Below are positions 1-8,249 of a stretch of 64,000 nucleotides of DNA, in pieces. The position numbers were made by a program, and so were the translations under genes. How positions within the stretch are numbered: position 1 is the stretch's first letter; every line of letters starts with the position of its first letter. Source of the stretch: Alphaproteobacteria bacterium (GTDB taxonomy: Bacteria > Pseudomonadota > Alphaproteobacteria > Caedimonadales > UBA1908); the NCBI GenBank assembly GCA_021298595.1, contig JAJTHL010000004.1, forward strand, positions 10,070 to 74,069. The letters are read 5' to 3'. Under the pieces are notes generated by a model. That model was not told the DNA's origin. It ran no database searches and was given only the letters and a program-made list of their open reading frames with translations.

Positions 1-221
1 ACTGTTTCCCCCTGCCAAAGCCCTTCAAAAGAAGGAGGCGCTGCGTCCCGGCACCTCAGGACCGATTGATATTTTCGGTGCTTTTGACTTCCTGTAAAAA
101 CAAGACTGCCGTTGACAGTACGCCTAAATTCGCCTGTTTTGAGGGGGGTAAGTGTTTGCTGGCATCCCCTTGCTGAATATGGGGGAAATCCTCCCCTACT
201 TAAGACCAGTTGTGTTTCCAT
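1..221 (-). CDS. hypothetical protein, N-terminal part only (ORF runs off the window start); last visible gene of the phage-like cluster
   Basis: My own minus-strand translation gives ATG at 221..219 and an open frame to position 1 (METQLVLSRGGFPPYSARGCQQTLTPLKTGEFRRTVNGSLVFTG...). It starts 7 nt after the stop of the 229..423 ORF. It is absent from the ORF track because it has no stop in the window. No family recognised. Confidence 0.3.
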   Translation of the reverse strand, partial: METQLVLSRGGFPPYSARGCQQTLTPLKTGEFRRTVNGSLVFTGSQKHRKYQSVLRCRDAAPPSFEGLWQGET

Positions 222-228
222 GGGGTTG

Positions 229-423
229 CTACCACTTCACCCACCGGGGCATGGTAAGGGGCGTTGTCAAGGCTTGTTGACGCAGATACCCCTCAAGAGC
301 TCTGACGACGCCATCTTCTGTGACTTGTGCATTTTCCTCTTCCAAAGTAATGCCCGTTCTTGGTGCAATTTTCAAAGGTTTTTCTTTTGGTTTATCTGTG
401 ATTTTCGTAGATGACATTTTCAT
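229..423 (-). CDS. small hypothetical protein (64 aa) translationally coupled to the gp10-like gene
   Basis: An internal ATG at 423 is preceded by GGAGGG and forms an ATGA overlap with the stop of the upstream gene at 420. The product is MKMSSTKITDKPKEKPLK.... No family recognised. The track ORF 229..459 is the longer version. Confidence 0.35.
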   Translation of the reverse strand: MKMSSTKITDKPKEKPLKIAPRTGITLEEENAQVTEDGVVRALEGYLRQQALTTPLTMPRWVKW

Positions 424-800
424 CCCTCCACAAGTATTTGAGACAGGCGTACAAGCCAATCCATGGTTGTTTGTTTTAAAAGTTGATCTTTGACCATCTG
501 GGTTTTAATCTCCAAAAGCCTGTAGCTTTCAAGCCTTGCGCTTGGCATCTCAAGTCCTTGCTTTAGATGATCTATAAGTTCTGTCGTTTGCTGACTTCCC
601 CGGTACTGCGTCACCAGCATGACCGAAAACGGGATACTCACAAAGGGCTCTCCTACCATGCCTTTGACCTCTCCCACCGATAAAAGGCCATAAGGGTAAG
701 GGGTGCCTGCGGGTATATGGGTAAATACACCCGTCAATTTTGAGCCTGCCAAAGCCCGCATCTTTTCCAATAAATATTTTTCAAAGAGAAGACTCTTCAT
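420..800 (-). CDS. phage tail-completion / HK97 gp10-like (DUF3168-like, RcGTA g8 position) protein
   Basis: About 126 aa when started at ATG 800, which has a strong SD (GGAGGAACAAT ATG). Position directly after the head-tail adaptor and size fit the HK97/RcGTA order. The family call rests mainly on synteny. Confidence 0.5.
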   Translation of the reverse strand: MKSLLFEKYLLEKMRALAGSKLTGVFTHIPAGTPYPYGLLSVGEVKGMVGEPFVSIPFSVMLVTQYRGSQQTTELIDHLKQGLEMPSARLESYRLLEIKTQMVKDQLLKQTTMDWLVRLSQILVEG

Positions 801-1155
801 ATTGTTCCTCCTCGAGATGACGACAAGCCCAGAAAAAGTCATATCCTTTGTCGGCGATGGTCACATCTTCACTGAGGACTGAAAAAATGGCTTTCTTCCA
901 ACTAAATCGCTCAAAGGGTTTTCTTTTGGGATCGCTCTTTAATTTCAAACCGTATAGGGCGCGTTTTTTAGGCAACACCCCGTCTTCAATACCTTGCATG
1001 GACGTGAGCGACGGCAAAAAACGGTCCATGTGATGAAGCACTCCCCACCGTTCTTCGTGGGGATGCCAAGTTTCTTGAAAGCCTCCGTATTCATCGGGCA
1101 CCAAGGTACGCCGCACAAGGCGCACGCGCACGTGCAGTGACTTTTTCAAAGCCAT
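781..1155 (-). CDS. phage head-tail adaptor / head-closure protein (RcGTA g7 position)
   Basis: 124 aa. The N-terminal pattern LHVRVRLVRRTLVPDEYGGFQETW...ERWGVL is typical of head-closure/adaptor proteins. It lies between the gp6-like connector and the gp10-like gene. Confidence 0.65.
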   Translation of the reverse strand: MALKKSLHVRVRLVRRTLVPDEYGGFQETWHPHEERWGVLHHMDRFLPSLTSMQGIEDGVLPKKRALYGLKLKSDPKRKPFERFSWKKAIFSVLSEDVTIADKGYDFFWACRHLEEEQYEESSL

Positions 1156-1185
1156 GAGTTTGTCCTTTTAACGTTTTGAGAGTAG

Positions 1186-1809
1186 CTACGCCAGAAACCG
1201 TTGCATCCGGTAGGGTTTGATCAGCTGTATCACAGGCCCGCTTAGCGGCATGGGAATAAGCCCTGCATCGTTGGCAGCCCCCCTCGCCTCATAAAGGTTG
1301 GCCGCTGTCATCAAGACTCCTTGCCGCAGGGGTTCAGGCACCTCTTCGGGGTCTGCGCCGTATCCTGCCCAAAACTTGACCTCGACGTTTTCTTGAGGAT
1401 CACTCATGTCAGACACGTGAAGACGCGCAACCCTACCCGCTGTATCAAGGCGGTACTGGGTAATTTCCTTGTCACCCGCTCCTGTTTTCAGCTGAGGTTT
1501 CCCAATTAGCTCTAGAAACGGTGATCTTGGCAGTTCAATCCCTCCAACTGCCCGGCTATGGCTTTGATTCAGATAGCTGCCATCACTTCTAGCGGCGGCA
1601 AATCCTGCGTTAAACGTAAAAGTCCAGGCTTGCTTGATAAGAGACCTTCCTGTGTATGATTCGATTCCTTGCCGTGCTGTTTTAATTAAACGCCCAATCA
1701 ACTCGTCTTCTATATCGCTGTCCACGTGCAGGAAGATTTTTGCCTGCAAAAGACTAATTGGTTCACGCTCTGGCGCTTGTTGTTGTCTCAGACCCATGAG
1801 CCTACTCAT
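1186..1809 (-). CDS. phage gp6-like head-tail connector protein
   Basis: 207 aa. The N-terminal ISLLQAKIFLHVDSDIEDELIGRLIKTARQGIESYTGRSL resembles the Phage_connect_1 / gp6-like signature. It lies immediately downstream of the capsid gene. Confidence 0.7.
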   Translation of the reverse strand: MSRLMGLRQQQAPEREPISLLQAKIFLHVDSDIEDELIGRLIKTARQGIESYTGRSLIKQAWTFTFNAGFAAARSDGSYLNQSHSRAVGGIELPRSPFLELIGKPQLKTGAGDKEITQYRLDTAGRVARLHVSDMSDPQENVEVKFWAGYGADPEEVPEPLRQGVLMTAANLYEARGAANDAGLIPMPLSGPVIQLIKPYRMQRFLA

Positions 1810-1840
1810 TCTTCTGTTCCTTTCTTACTATGAACGAGCA

Positions 1841-1876
1841 AAGGCGGCGACTCAAGTCTTCATGGATCGCCGCCTT
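1841..1876 (-). promoter_or_regulatory. perfect 10-bp stem-loop between the capsid and connector genes (possible transcript-stabilising or attenuating hairpin)
   Basis: aaggcggcga (1841-1850) and tcgccgcctt (1867-1876) are exact reverse complements around a 16-nt loop. There is no clear U-tract after it on the minus-strand RNA. Confidence 0.5.
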
Positions 1877-1888
1877 CCTCAAGATACA

Positions 1889-3025
1889 TTACGCTTGGAA
1901 GCGTACCATCTTGAGCGCGTTAAAATTCAACACGTCTCCGCCCACACGTCTGACAGTGTAGAACTCCACGTAAGGCTTGGCACTGTAAGGATCTCTCAAA
2001 ACATAGGTCCCTGCCCGGTCAACAATTTGATAAGCTTCTTTGAAGTTACCAAAAACGATGGACGTACTGGCGGTTCCAGAAACAAGTTCTGGCATGCCTT
2101 CAACAATCACAACAGGATATCCAAGCAGGGTTTCGGGGGCCCCTTGGGAAAGGGCTGGATTCCACAAAAACTGACCATTTTGATCCTTCAAACGACGGAT
2201 TGCCCCGTGCGCTGAGGCTGACATGACCCAAACGGCTTCTTTTGCATATTGGGGATCAAGGGCTTCCATGGTACGCATCAAAACGTCTGCGCCATTTTCA
2301 TCTGTAAAGGCACCGTCTACACCCGTCTTCACGTGCTCAAATGTATCTGCTGCCAAATCTGCTTTTAAAGTACTTGCATAAGAAAGGAATCCTTTGGGCT
2401 TTTGTTGACCATCACCCGCAATAAAGGCAGCGTTCTCAAGCTGGGCCATGCGTCTTGCGATTTTCTGGGAAAGCCAAGCTTCCACGTCAATCAAAGAATC
2501 CTCTAAAAGCTTTTGCGTCGCGCGAGGCCTTGCATACAACTCGTTAACGGCAATACGCTTTTTCACAAGCTTTGGTGTCCCGGTTTCGGCGCGCTCCCCG
2601 GTTTCCGCAACCCAACCCGCTTCTTCACCACTTTGACTCAGAAGAATTTCGACAGCGCTCGCGGACACCGTCATGACACTGGCAAGTTGCCTAATGGAGG
2701 AAAGCCCTTGCAGATCACGGCGCAGGTTTTCAGACAAAACCTGGGGCACGAGATAGCCGCCGTCCACATCAGAGCCCGTACTTAGGCTTTTAGTACAAGA
2801 AAGGCTCAAAAGTGCTTTGTCATCACCTTTCCTAAGGTACGATTGAAAGGCCTGCTTGTGGGCAAGGGATTCCTCCGAGGTGTCAGTCTGCGCTTCCCAA
2901 GACAGACCGGGACGAGCGCTTGACAAAAATCTCTTTTCAAGCTGCGTCACCCGCGCTTGCTGAGCCTGTTTAAAAGACTCAAAAGATTTTGTCAGTTCTT
3001 GAACCGACGATACTACTTTATCCAT
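1889..3025 (-). CDS. HK97-family phage major capsid protein
   Basis: 378 aa. An N-terminal coiled/delta-like region is followed by GGYLVPQ...AGWVAE...RIAVNELYA...LLEDSLIDVEAWL...ENAAFIAGDG, typical of HK97/RcGTA g5 capsids. Strong SD AACAGGAGGTT. Confidence 0.9.
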   Translation of the reverse strand: MDKVVSSVQELTKSFESFKQAQQARVTQLEKRFLSSARPGLSWEAQTDTSEESLAHKQAFQSYLRKGDDKALLSLSCTKSLSTGSDVDGGYLVPQVLSENLRRDLQGLSSIRQLASVMTVSASAVEILLSQSGEEAGWVAETGERAETGTPKLVKKRIAVNELYARPRATQKLLEDSLIDVEAWLSQKIARRMAQLENAAFIAGDGQQKPKGFLSYASTLKADLAADTFEHVKTGVDGAFTDENGADVLMRTMEALDPQYAKEAVWVMSASAHGAIRRLKDQNGQFLWNPALSQGAPETLLGYPVVIVEGMPELVSGTASTSIVFGNFKEAYQIVDRAGTYVLRDPYSAKPYVEFYTVRRVGGDVLNFNALKMVRFQA

Positions 3026-3115
3026 ACAAACCTCCTGTTTTATATACTTTTATATGAATCAATTTTTTTTGATCCTGATTTTATTAATGATCATTATCCC
3101 TTTTTTGTACAACTA

Positions 3116-3661
3116 TTATTCGCAGCTTAAAACGCGAATGGCATTTTGGATGCTGGCGAAAAGTTCCTGGGTATAATGATCATAGGTTTTCTTTGCAAGT
3201 CCTTTCACAGCGGTGATTTTCGCCTGCGTATTGGCGGCAAAGGTGACAAGAGAGATTTCCATCAACGACACTTCTTCCAGGTGCCTCACTTTTTCTTCGG
3301 CGTTATAGGACGCTTTCACGACTTGACACCCGATGGAAAGTCCTGTCACGACCCCACGCTTCATAAGGGTGTGCGCCTCCTTGGCTTTTTGCAGATCTAA
3401 AAGCAGCTGCCCTTGGACATACAGGCCCTTGTGGTCTTCTTCAACAATCTGCCACACACCAATGGGCTCTTGGGGATTATGTTGCCACAACATTTTGGGC
3501 AGCGCGTCCCTTGCAAGAGTGTCACGAAACGCCCCGTGTATGACGCGGTCTTTTTGTTGATCCACGTGGTCGAATACGCTGGCATATCCTGAGAATGATC
3601 CCTCTTCTTCCAACCGGTCAAGGGCAAGATTACTTTTCAAAATGAGATGATGTTGAGACAT
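3116..3661 (-). CDS. HK97-family prohead (maturation) protease
   Basis: 181 aa. FSGYASVFDHVDQQKDRVIHGAF...PKMLWQHNPQEPIGVW...GLSIG matches the S78 prohead protease pattern. It has the same strong SD context as the capsid gene. Confidence 0.9.
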   Translation of the reverse strand: MSQHHLILKSNLALDRLEEEGSFSGYASVFDHVDQQKDRVIHGAFRDTLARDALPKMLWQHNPQEPIGVWQIVEEDHKGLYVQGQLLLDLQKAKEAHTLMKRGVVTGLSIGCQVVKASYNAEEKVRHLEEVSLMEISLVTFAANTQAKITAVKGLAKKTYDHYTQELFASIQNAIRVLSCE

Positions 3662-3707
3662 GTCAACCTCCTGTTTATCTTTTCTATGCTCGATTTTTTA
3701 TTTTTTA

Positions 3708-4910
3708 TTAGCTTTCTAGGACATCGCCTCCCTCAAGGGGCGGATATCCCATGGCTTTTCTTTTTTCGTTGAGGGTTAGGAACGTGGCGCCTGCGTACTT
3801 GGACCAGATTTCTTCTCGACGTGGTGCCAAGGCTGGGATTGCGTCAAGGTTGTATCCAAGGCGTAATCCCGGACCAAAGGCAGGGCAAAGCCAGGCATTA
3901 AATTCATCAATGATGTGATCCAACAGGGGAAGGATTGTATCCTCCCACAGGTGGTAGCGCGCTTCGCGGTAGTTAGAAAAGGTTGCATCGCCCGGCACAC
4001 CCACAAGCATCGGCGGCACACCATACGCTTGAGCGATTTCACGCGCTGACAGCTTTTTTCCTTCAATAAAATCCAGATCTCGTGGGGACAGGCCCATTTC
4101 CTTCCACTGGAAATCGCCCTCCAAGACCATGACGCGTCCAGCATTATGCTCTCCTTCATAAAATGTTCGCAGTGTGTTTTTAAGCTCATGACGCTCGTCT
4201 TCAGACAAGGCCCTTTCATGGGGGGTGCTTGCGCCAACAATCAAAGCGCCCGACGGACGCCCGCCGTTTTGCAACAACGCCAAGTTGTGGCTGGCCACGG
4301 TGTTGTGTTGATCAATGGCGCAGGCAGCTGCTTCTAAGGGGCTCATTCCATACCAGTCATTGAGCGGATGAAAAAGCTTCAAATGCATGACGTTGGTGCT
4401 TCCCTCTGTCGACTTTAGAATCACCGTTTGACCATTGACGCTATACTCATACCCTTGGGGCGTGCCAGAGCGCCCTGGCACCACACGTACCCTATCGGGT
4501 CGCAGCGCGTATAGCTCACCAATCCTCCCGTCTACAAGACGCATGGCTTCAATGTAACTATTACCAGAAAGGAGCAAATAGGAGGCCACATTCTCCATAA
4601 AGGCGGCTCCCGCTTGCAAATCATTCGGCGCGTGCAGTAGATCTAGCAACGGATGCGTTACAAGCTCGTGGTGATCTGCATAAAGACGCCACGGCACGCT
4701 TGCAACCCCACGTGCAATCAAATTTACTGCCCGGTACACAATCACGTTGCGTTTGTATCCCTCTTCAGACAACCGGTCATAACGTCTTGGGGTCCACACG
4801 GGTTGCCCCACACTTTGATAGGCCATAAGGGGGGCGGCCGCACTTGCTTTTTGGATGGGAGGATCTTCAGTTTTTGTCTGTTTCTTCCATAACGCTTTTA
4901 ACTTCTTCAT
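3708..4910 (-). CDS. HK97-family phage portal protein
   Basis: 400 aa with a typical portal size. Motifs such as NVIVYRAVNLIA...LLLSGNSYIE...GYEY and the C-terminal LNEKRKAMGYPPLEGGD are present. It is the first gene of the head module. Confidence 0.9.
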   Translation of the reverse strand: MKKLKALWKKQTKTEDPPIQKASAAAPLMAYQSVGQPVWTPRRYDRLSEEGYKRNVIVYRAVNLIARGVASVPWRLYADHHELVTHPLLDLLHAPNDLQAGAAFMENVASYLLLSGNSYIEAMRLVDGRIGELYALRPDRVRVVPGRSGTPQGYEYSVNGQTVILKSTEGSTNVMHLKLFHPLNDWYGMSPLEAAACAIDQHNTVASHNLALLQNGGRPSGALIVGASTPHERALSEDERHELKNTLRTFYEGEHNAGRVMVLEGDFQWKEMGLSPRDLDFIEGKKLSAREIAQAYGVPPMLVGVPGDATFSNYREARYHLWEDTILPLLDHIIDEFNAWLCPAFGPGLRLGYNLDAIPALAPRREEIWSKYAGATFLTLNEKRKAMGYPPLEGGDVLES

Positions 4911-4931
4911 AAAAGACTCCTAATAAAGGCC

Positions 4932-4965
4932 AATAAAAAAGGGCCCCGTTTAAAACGAGACCCTT
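4932..4965 (-). terminator. rho-independent terminator after the substrate-binding-protein gene, about 20 nt upstream of the portal start
   Basis: The minus-strand RNA reads AAGGGUCUCGUUU-UAAACGGGGCCCUU, an imperfect stem of 5+5 bp flanking an internal bulge, followed by UUUUUUAUU. Confidence 0.55.
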
Positions 4966-5021
4966 ATACTTGGGGGAGTATGTCTTTTTTTTAGAGATTA
5001 TCCCATCTAAAGAAAAGTATT

Positions 5022-5990
5022 TTATTTGATCACTTTCGTTGCTTTCTTTAAGAGTTCTTGTGAAATGGTAATACCCAGAAAATTAGCTGCTTTTTGATTC
5101 AAAATCAGCTCTTTATTTTTAGGGTATTCCACAGGGTTTGCGCTGACAGGCGCACCTTTTAAAAGGCGCGCGACCATGGCACCCGTCTGTCTACCAAGGA
5201 CATACTGATCGGGGCCAAGGGCAGCCAGGGCCCCTTTTTCCACAATATCCGCATCACTGACAAACAAGGGCACCTTGTATTGCTGCGACACGCTCACGAT
5301 GGCCTCAAAGGCAGAAAGAGCAGTATTATCGTTACTCACAAAAAGGGCGTCCACTTTGCCCACTAAGCTTTTGGCAGCTTGCCCCACGTCACTGGACTTA
5401 AAGGCCGCCCCTTGAAGAAGTGTCACGCCTTTTTCGTCGGCGATTTTCTCAAGACGCTTGTAGATCTCAAGGGAATTCGCTTCTCCAGGATTCAAAACAA
5501 CCCCAAGGGTTTTCAAGTTTGGCACCAGCTCCAAAAAAAGGGATAGCTGATCCTCAAGGGGGGTAAAATTAGAGGCACCAGTGATATTCCCCTCAGGCGT
5601 CTTTAAGTCTTTGACAAGTTTTGCGCCTTCTGGGTCTGTCACGCTGGAAAATACCACAGGAATTTTCTCTTCCACCGTTGCTTTGGTACAAGCTTGGGCC
5701 ATAGAGGTGCCAAGAGCCACAATGATCGAGGCCTTTTGTCCCACGCATTTTTGCGCAATTTGCGTGGCAAGGGCAGGCTGACCTTGTGCAATATCAATTT
5801 GGATTGTTGCGGTATCTGGATCTTGAAACCCTTGGGCGGCAAGTTCGTCGATGATGCCACGCTGGGTCTTATCAAGGGCGGGGTGCGCCACAATTTGGGT
5901 CACACAAATTAGAGGGGAATCGGCAAAAGAAGGCGTCAGGGTGGTAAGACTAATAAGACTTGCAAGGGCTGTAGAAAGAACGTAACGCAT
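5022..5990 (-). CDS. ABC transporter substrate-binding protein (ABC_sub_bind / COG2984-type), orphan
   Basis: 322 aa with a signal peptide (ALASLISLTTLTPSFA). The periplasmic-binding-fold pattern (IVALGTSMAQA, LGVVLNPGEANS, ALFVSNDNT, ALGPDQYVLGRQ) is present. No permease or ATPase gene is adjacent. Confidence 0.7.
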   Translation of the reverse strand: MRYVLSTALASLISLTTLTPSFADSPLICVTQIVAHPALDKTQRGIIDELAAQGFQDPDTATIQIDIAQGQPALATQIAQKCVGQKASIIVALGTSMAQACTKATVEEKIPVVFSSVTDPEGAKLVKDLKTPEGNITGASNFTPLEDQLSLFLELVPNLKTLGVVLNPGEANSLEIYKRLEKIADEKGVTLLQGAAFKSSDVGQAAKSLVGKVDALFVSNDNTALSAFEAIVSVSQQYKVPLFVSDADIVEKGALAALGPDQYVLGRQTGAMVARLLKGAPVSANPVEYPKNKELILNQKAANFLGITISQELLKKATKVIK

Positions 5991-6215
5991 TATAATAACT
6001 CCTAATCATACTGAAATTTTGACTTTTTATTTGTTCACTTAGTCGATGATGAGGATGATAATGGTGTCGCATGGCTGTCTCCTTAAATGATACGTCAATA
6101 AGCCTAAAGGCTTTCTTAAGATACGGATCCCTTTCCCAAAAGTCAACACTCGGGCAATTGTGCGTCTGCATGTTTTGAAGTCTATCCAGGATCAGTACCG
6201 TGATTTATCTTTTTT

Positions 6216-7130
6216 CTAGTTGGATGAGAGCAAAATATAAGCTTCTTCTGGCGTCAAGTATTCCTGTGCAAAAACTTTGTTTGATTCCTTATAGTACTCG
6301 ACAATTTCTTTTCTTAGCTCCGCAGAGATGAGAGACGATGTACCGTAAGACCTAAACTTGTCGGATAATAATATAAGTTGCTCAACGATCATTTCTCGTG
6401 TACCAAAAACTGCCTCCTTAAAAAGTCCCGCACGATCCATGGAGAGTAATAAGGAAGAAAAATCAGGGCTCAGGCTAACGTTTAACTTTGTTGTAGGTTT
6501 CAACATCTCCATTGCATTGATATCAATGAGGTGATAGAAATCATCAAGTACATCAAATGTATCGTCACGAGGATGATATAACCGTGCCTTGATTTTCTCT
6601 TTTCCAAAAGTTTCTCTCCACGGTTTAAGGATCGTCGTAAAGTCATAGAGGATGCGCGTGTTTTCAAAAAAGCAATCAACGCCTGCAAGATAGTTTACTT
6701 CTCCCGTTAAAGGCATGCTATCAAATGTCATGTTCATCGCCTGATGCGTATGATAAACACTTTCAATCAAAGATACTTGTTCTCTGACATAAGAAAGCAC
6801 AATCACCTCATGGAATTCTTGACAAAATGCTTTCATAGCGTCCGAAGGGATTGAAAAGAGCTCCGAACTTAACACAACAGAATGACATTCATATTCTTTC
6901 TGCTCTGCCAGAATCTCCCAGTAGATCTCTGTTTCCTTGAGCGAGTCTTTGCATGATGCAAGTCCATGATGCGCAAGTCCATTTCCTATACCCATCGTTC
7001 CAGCCTTGGGATAAAGGATGCCCTTATTTTTCAATAGCGGTCTGCTTTGAGACAGGCTTGCTTGTATACTTGTCGTCCCTGTTTTTCCAAGCCCAATATG
7101 TATATAGAGCTTTTTTAGAAAAGAAGACAT
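6216..7130 (-). CDS. sulfotransferase-fold protein (putative glycan sulfotransferase)
   Basis: 304 aa. N-terminal P-loop-like 5'-PSB motif IHIGLGKTGTTSIQ and a later VLSYVREQVSLIES (3'-PB-like). AT-rich gene in the O-antigen locus. Confidence 0.5.
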   Translation of the reverse strand: MSSFLKKLYIHIGLGKTGTTSIQASLSQSRPLLKNKGILYPKAGTMGIGNGLAHHGLASCKDSLKETEIYWEILAEQKEYECHSVVLSSELFSIPSDAMKAFCQEFHEVIVLSYVREQVSLIESVYHTHQAMNMTFDSMPLTGEVNYLAGVDCFFENTRILYDFTTILKPWRETFGKEKIKARLYHPRDDTFDVLDDFYHLIDINAMEMLKPTTKLNVSLSPDFSSLLLSMDRAGLFKEAVFGTREMIVEQLILLSDKFRSYGTSSLISAELRKEIVEYYKESNKVFAQEYLTPEEAYILLSSN

Positions 7131-7349
7131 TTATCAAACCTCTTAATAGAAAATGCTTTTATTGTCAAAATATGCCTATTATTATCACAAGTAGCAAAAG
7201 AAAGCTATCTATACATGCTGTTGTTTTTCATATTTTGATTATATCTTAACCTAGGATTAATTTGTTTGTGATGATACGGGATCCGCCGCTTTTGGGGTTC
7301 AAATGATGAGCATCTTGCCTGAGAAAGGTAAATTTTATATTCATTCTCT

Positions 7350-8249
7350 TTAATAGCCAGACAGGTTAGTCATTTTTTTTTTCGCTGCCTCATCATAAAA
7401 AATAAGGTTGCTCACACTCGCCGAATTCGGAAAGCTACGTCCCAATAACATAAGTTCTTCGTGCAACTCTAGAATGGATGGAGATAAGTGGGGAGCAAGA
7501 CCGTTTAGGTCATCCTGTTGGAGATGATGCCTTAAAGACAAATCTAAAAACTCTTCTTTATACTCATTAAGCAAATGAGGATTTAAATCACCATTGACCT
7601 TTAAAAAAGACCCAATTCTATTCAGTTCATTTTCAGGGTTTGCTAGTAGACAATCATAACTTACAACGATTCTTTTTTGATGTTCCGTCTCTCTTAGTCC
7701 TGACAACATGTGTCTATACCAAAGCATGTACCCTTTTGCTAAGGTAAAACCATCGCGTTTTTGTAATGAGTGCGCAACACTCGTAGGATGTCTATGGGCA
7801 ATAATATAGGATACATCCAAATTTAGTGCCTCAAACAAAGGCATCCAGAAGGGTAGGAGGATGCACAGTCTAGGATTCTTAACTGCAAAGAAACCAGAAA
7901 CATCTTTGATTTTATCCATTAGAAGGTTTTTGGCCCTTAGGGAAAATTCTTGCAGATCAAGACATTTGATATCAAATGGCGCGACGTCACAAAGAGAGTC
8001 CCATCTTAGTCCCATGAGCCGCAGCAATTCTTCATTAAGTTCATTTACGTCGATGTCTTCAAAAAAGCCCTTAGGGTTCGTTGGTTCATGCTCAGGCATG
8101 AGCTTGTCTCCAAGGGCCACGCCGAGGACTTCCAACCCGCGTGTGATTACGCTTGTGCCGCTTCTATGCATTCCTAAAACGACGATTAATGGTTTTTTTT
8201 GTCCGTTTTCTTGCATAAAAATATACTCACCATTTGTCTGTGGATTCAC
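7350..8249 (-). CDS. sulfotransferase family protein
   Basis: 299 aa. VVLGMHRSGTSVITR (5'-PSB-like) and IIAHRHPTSVAHSL (3'-PB-like). The GTG start at 8249 overlaps the wzt stop (GTGA); an alternative ATG lies at 8216. Confidence 0.6.
   Translation of the reverse strand: MNPQTNGEYIFMQENGQKKPLIVVLGMHRSGTSVITRGLEVLGVALGDKLMPEHEPTNPKGFFEDIDVNELNEELLRLMGLRWDSLCDVAPFDIKCLDLQEFSLRAKNLLMDKIKDVSGFFAVKNPRLCILLPFWMPLFEALNLDVSYIIAHRHPTSVAHSLQKRDGFTLAKGYMLWYRHMLSGLRETEHQKRIVVSYDCLLANPENELNRIGSFLKVNGDLNPHLLNEYKEEFLDLSLRHHLQQDDLNGLAPHLSPSILELHEELMLLGRSFPNSASVSNLIFYDEAAKKKMTNLSGY

Noticed and set aside
1634-2215. 193-aa plus-strand ORF spanning the connector/capsid junction, and ORF 112..414 on the plus strand
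   Set aside because: Both lie opposite the coherent, SD-equipped minus-strand phage gene series and cross an intergenic hairpin. No motifs were found.
5950-6171. Full 73-aa version of the minus-strand ORF upstream of the binding-protein gene
   Set aside because: The first start lacks an SD. Only the internal His-rich start at 6072 has a good SD, and that shorter ORF is reported separately as a low-confidence finding.
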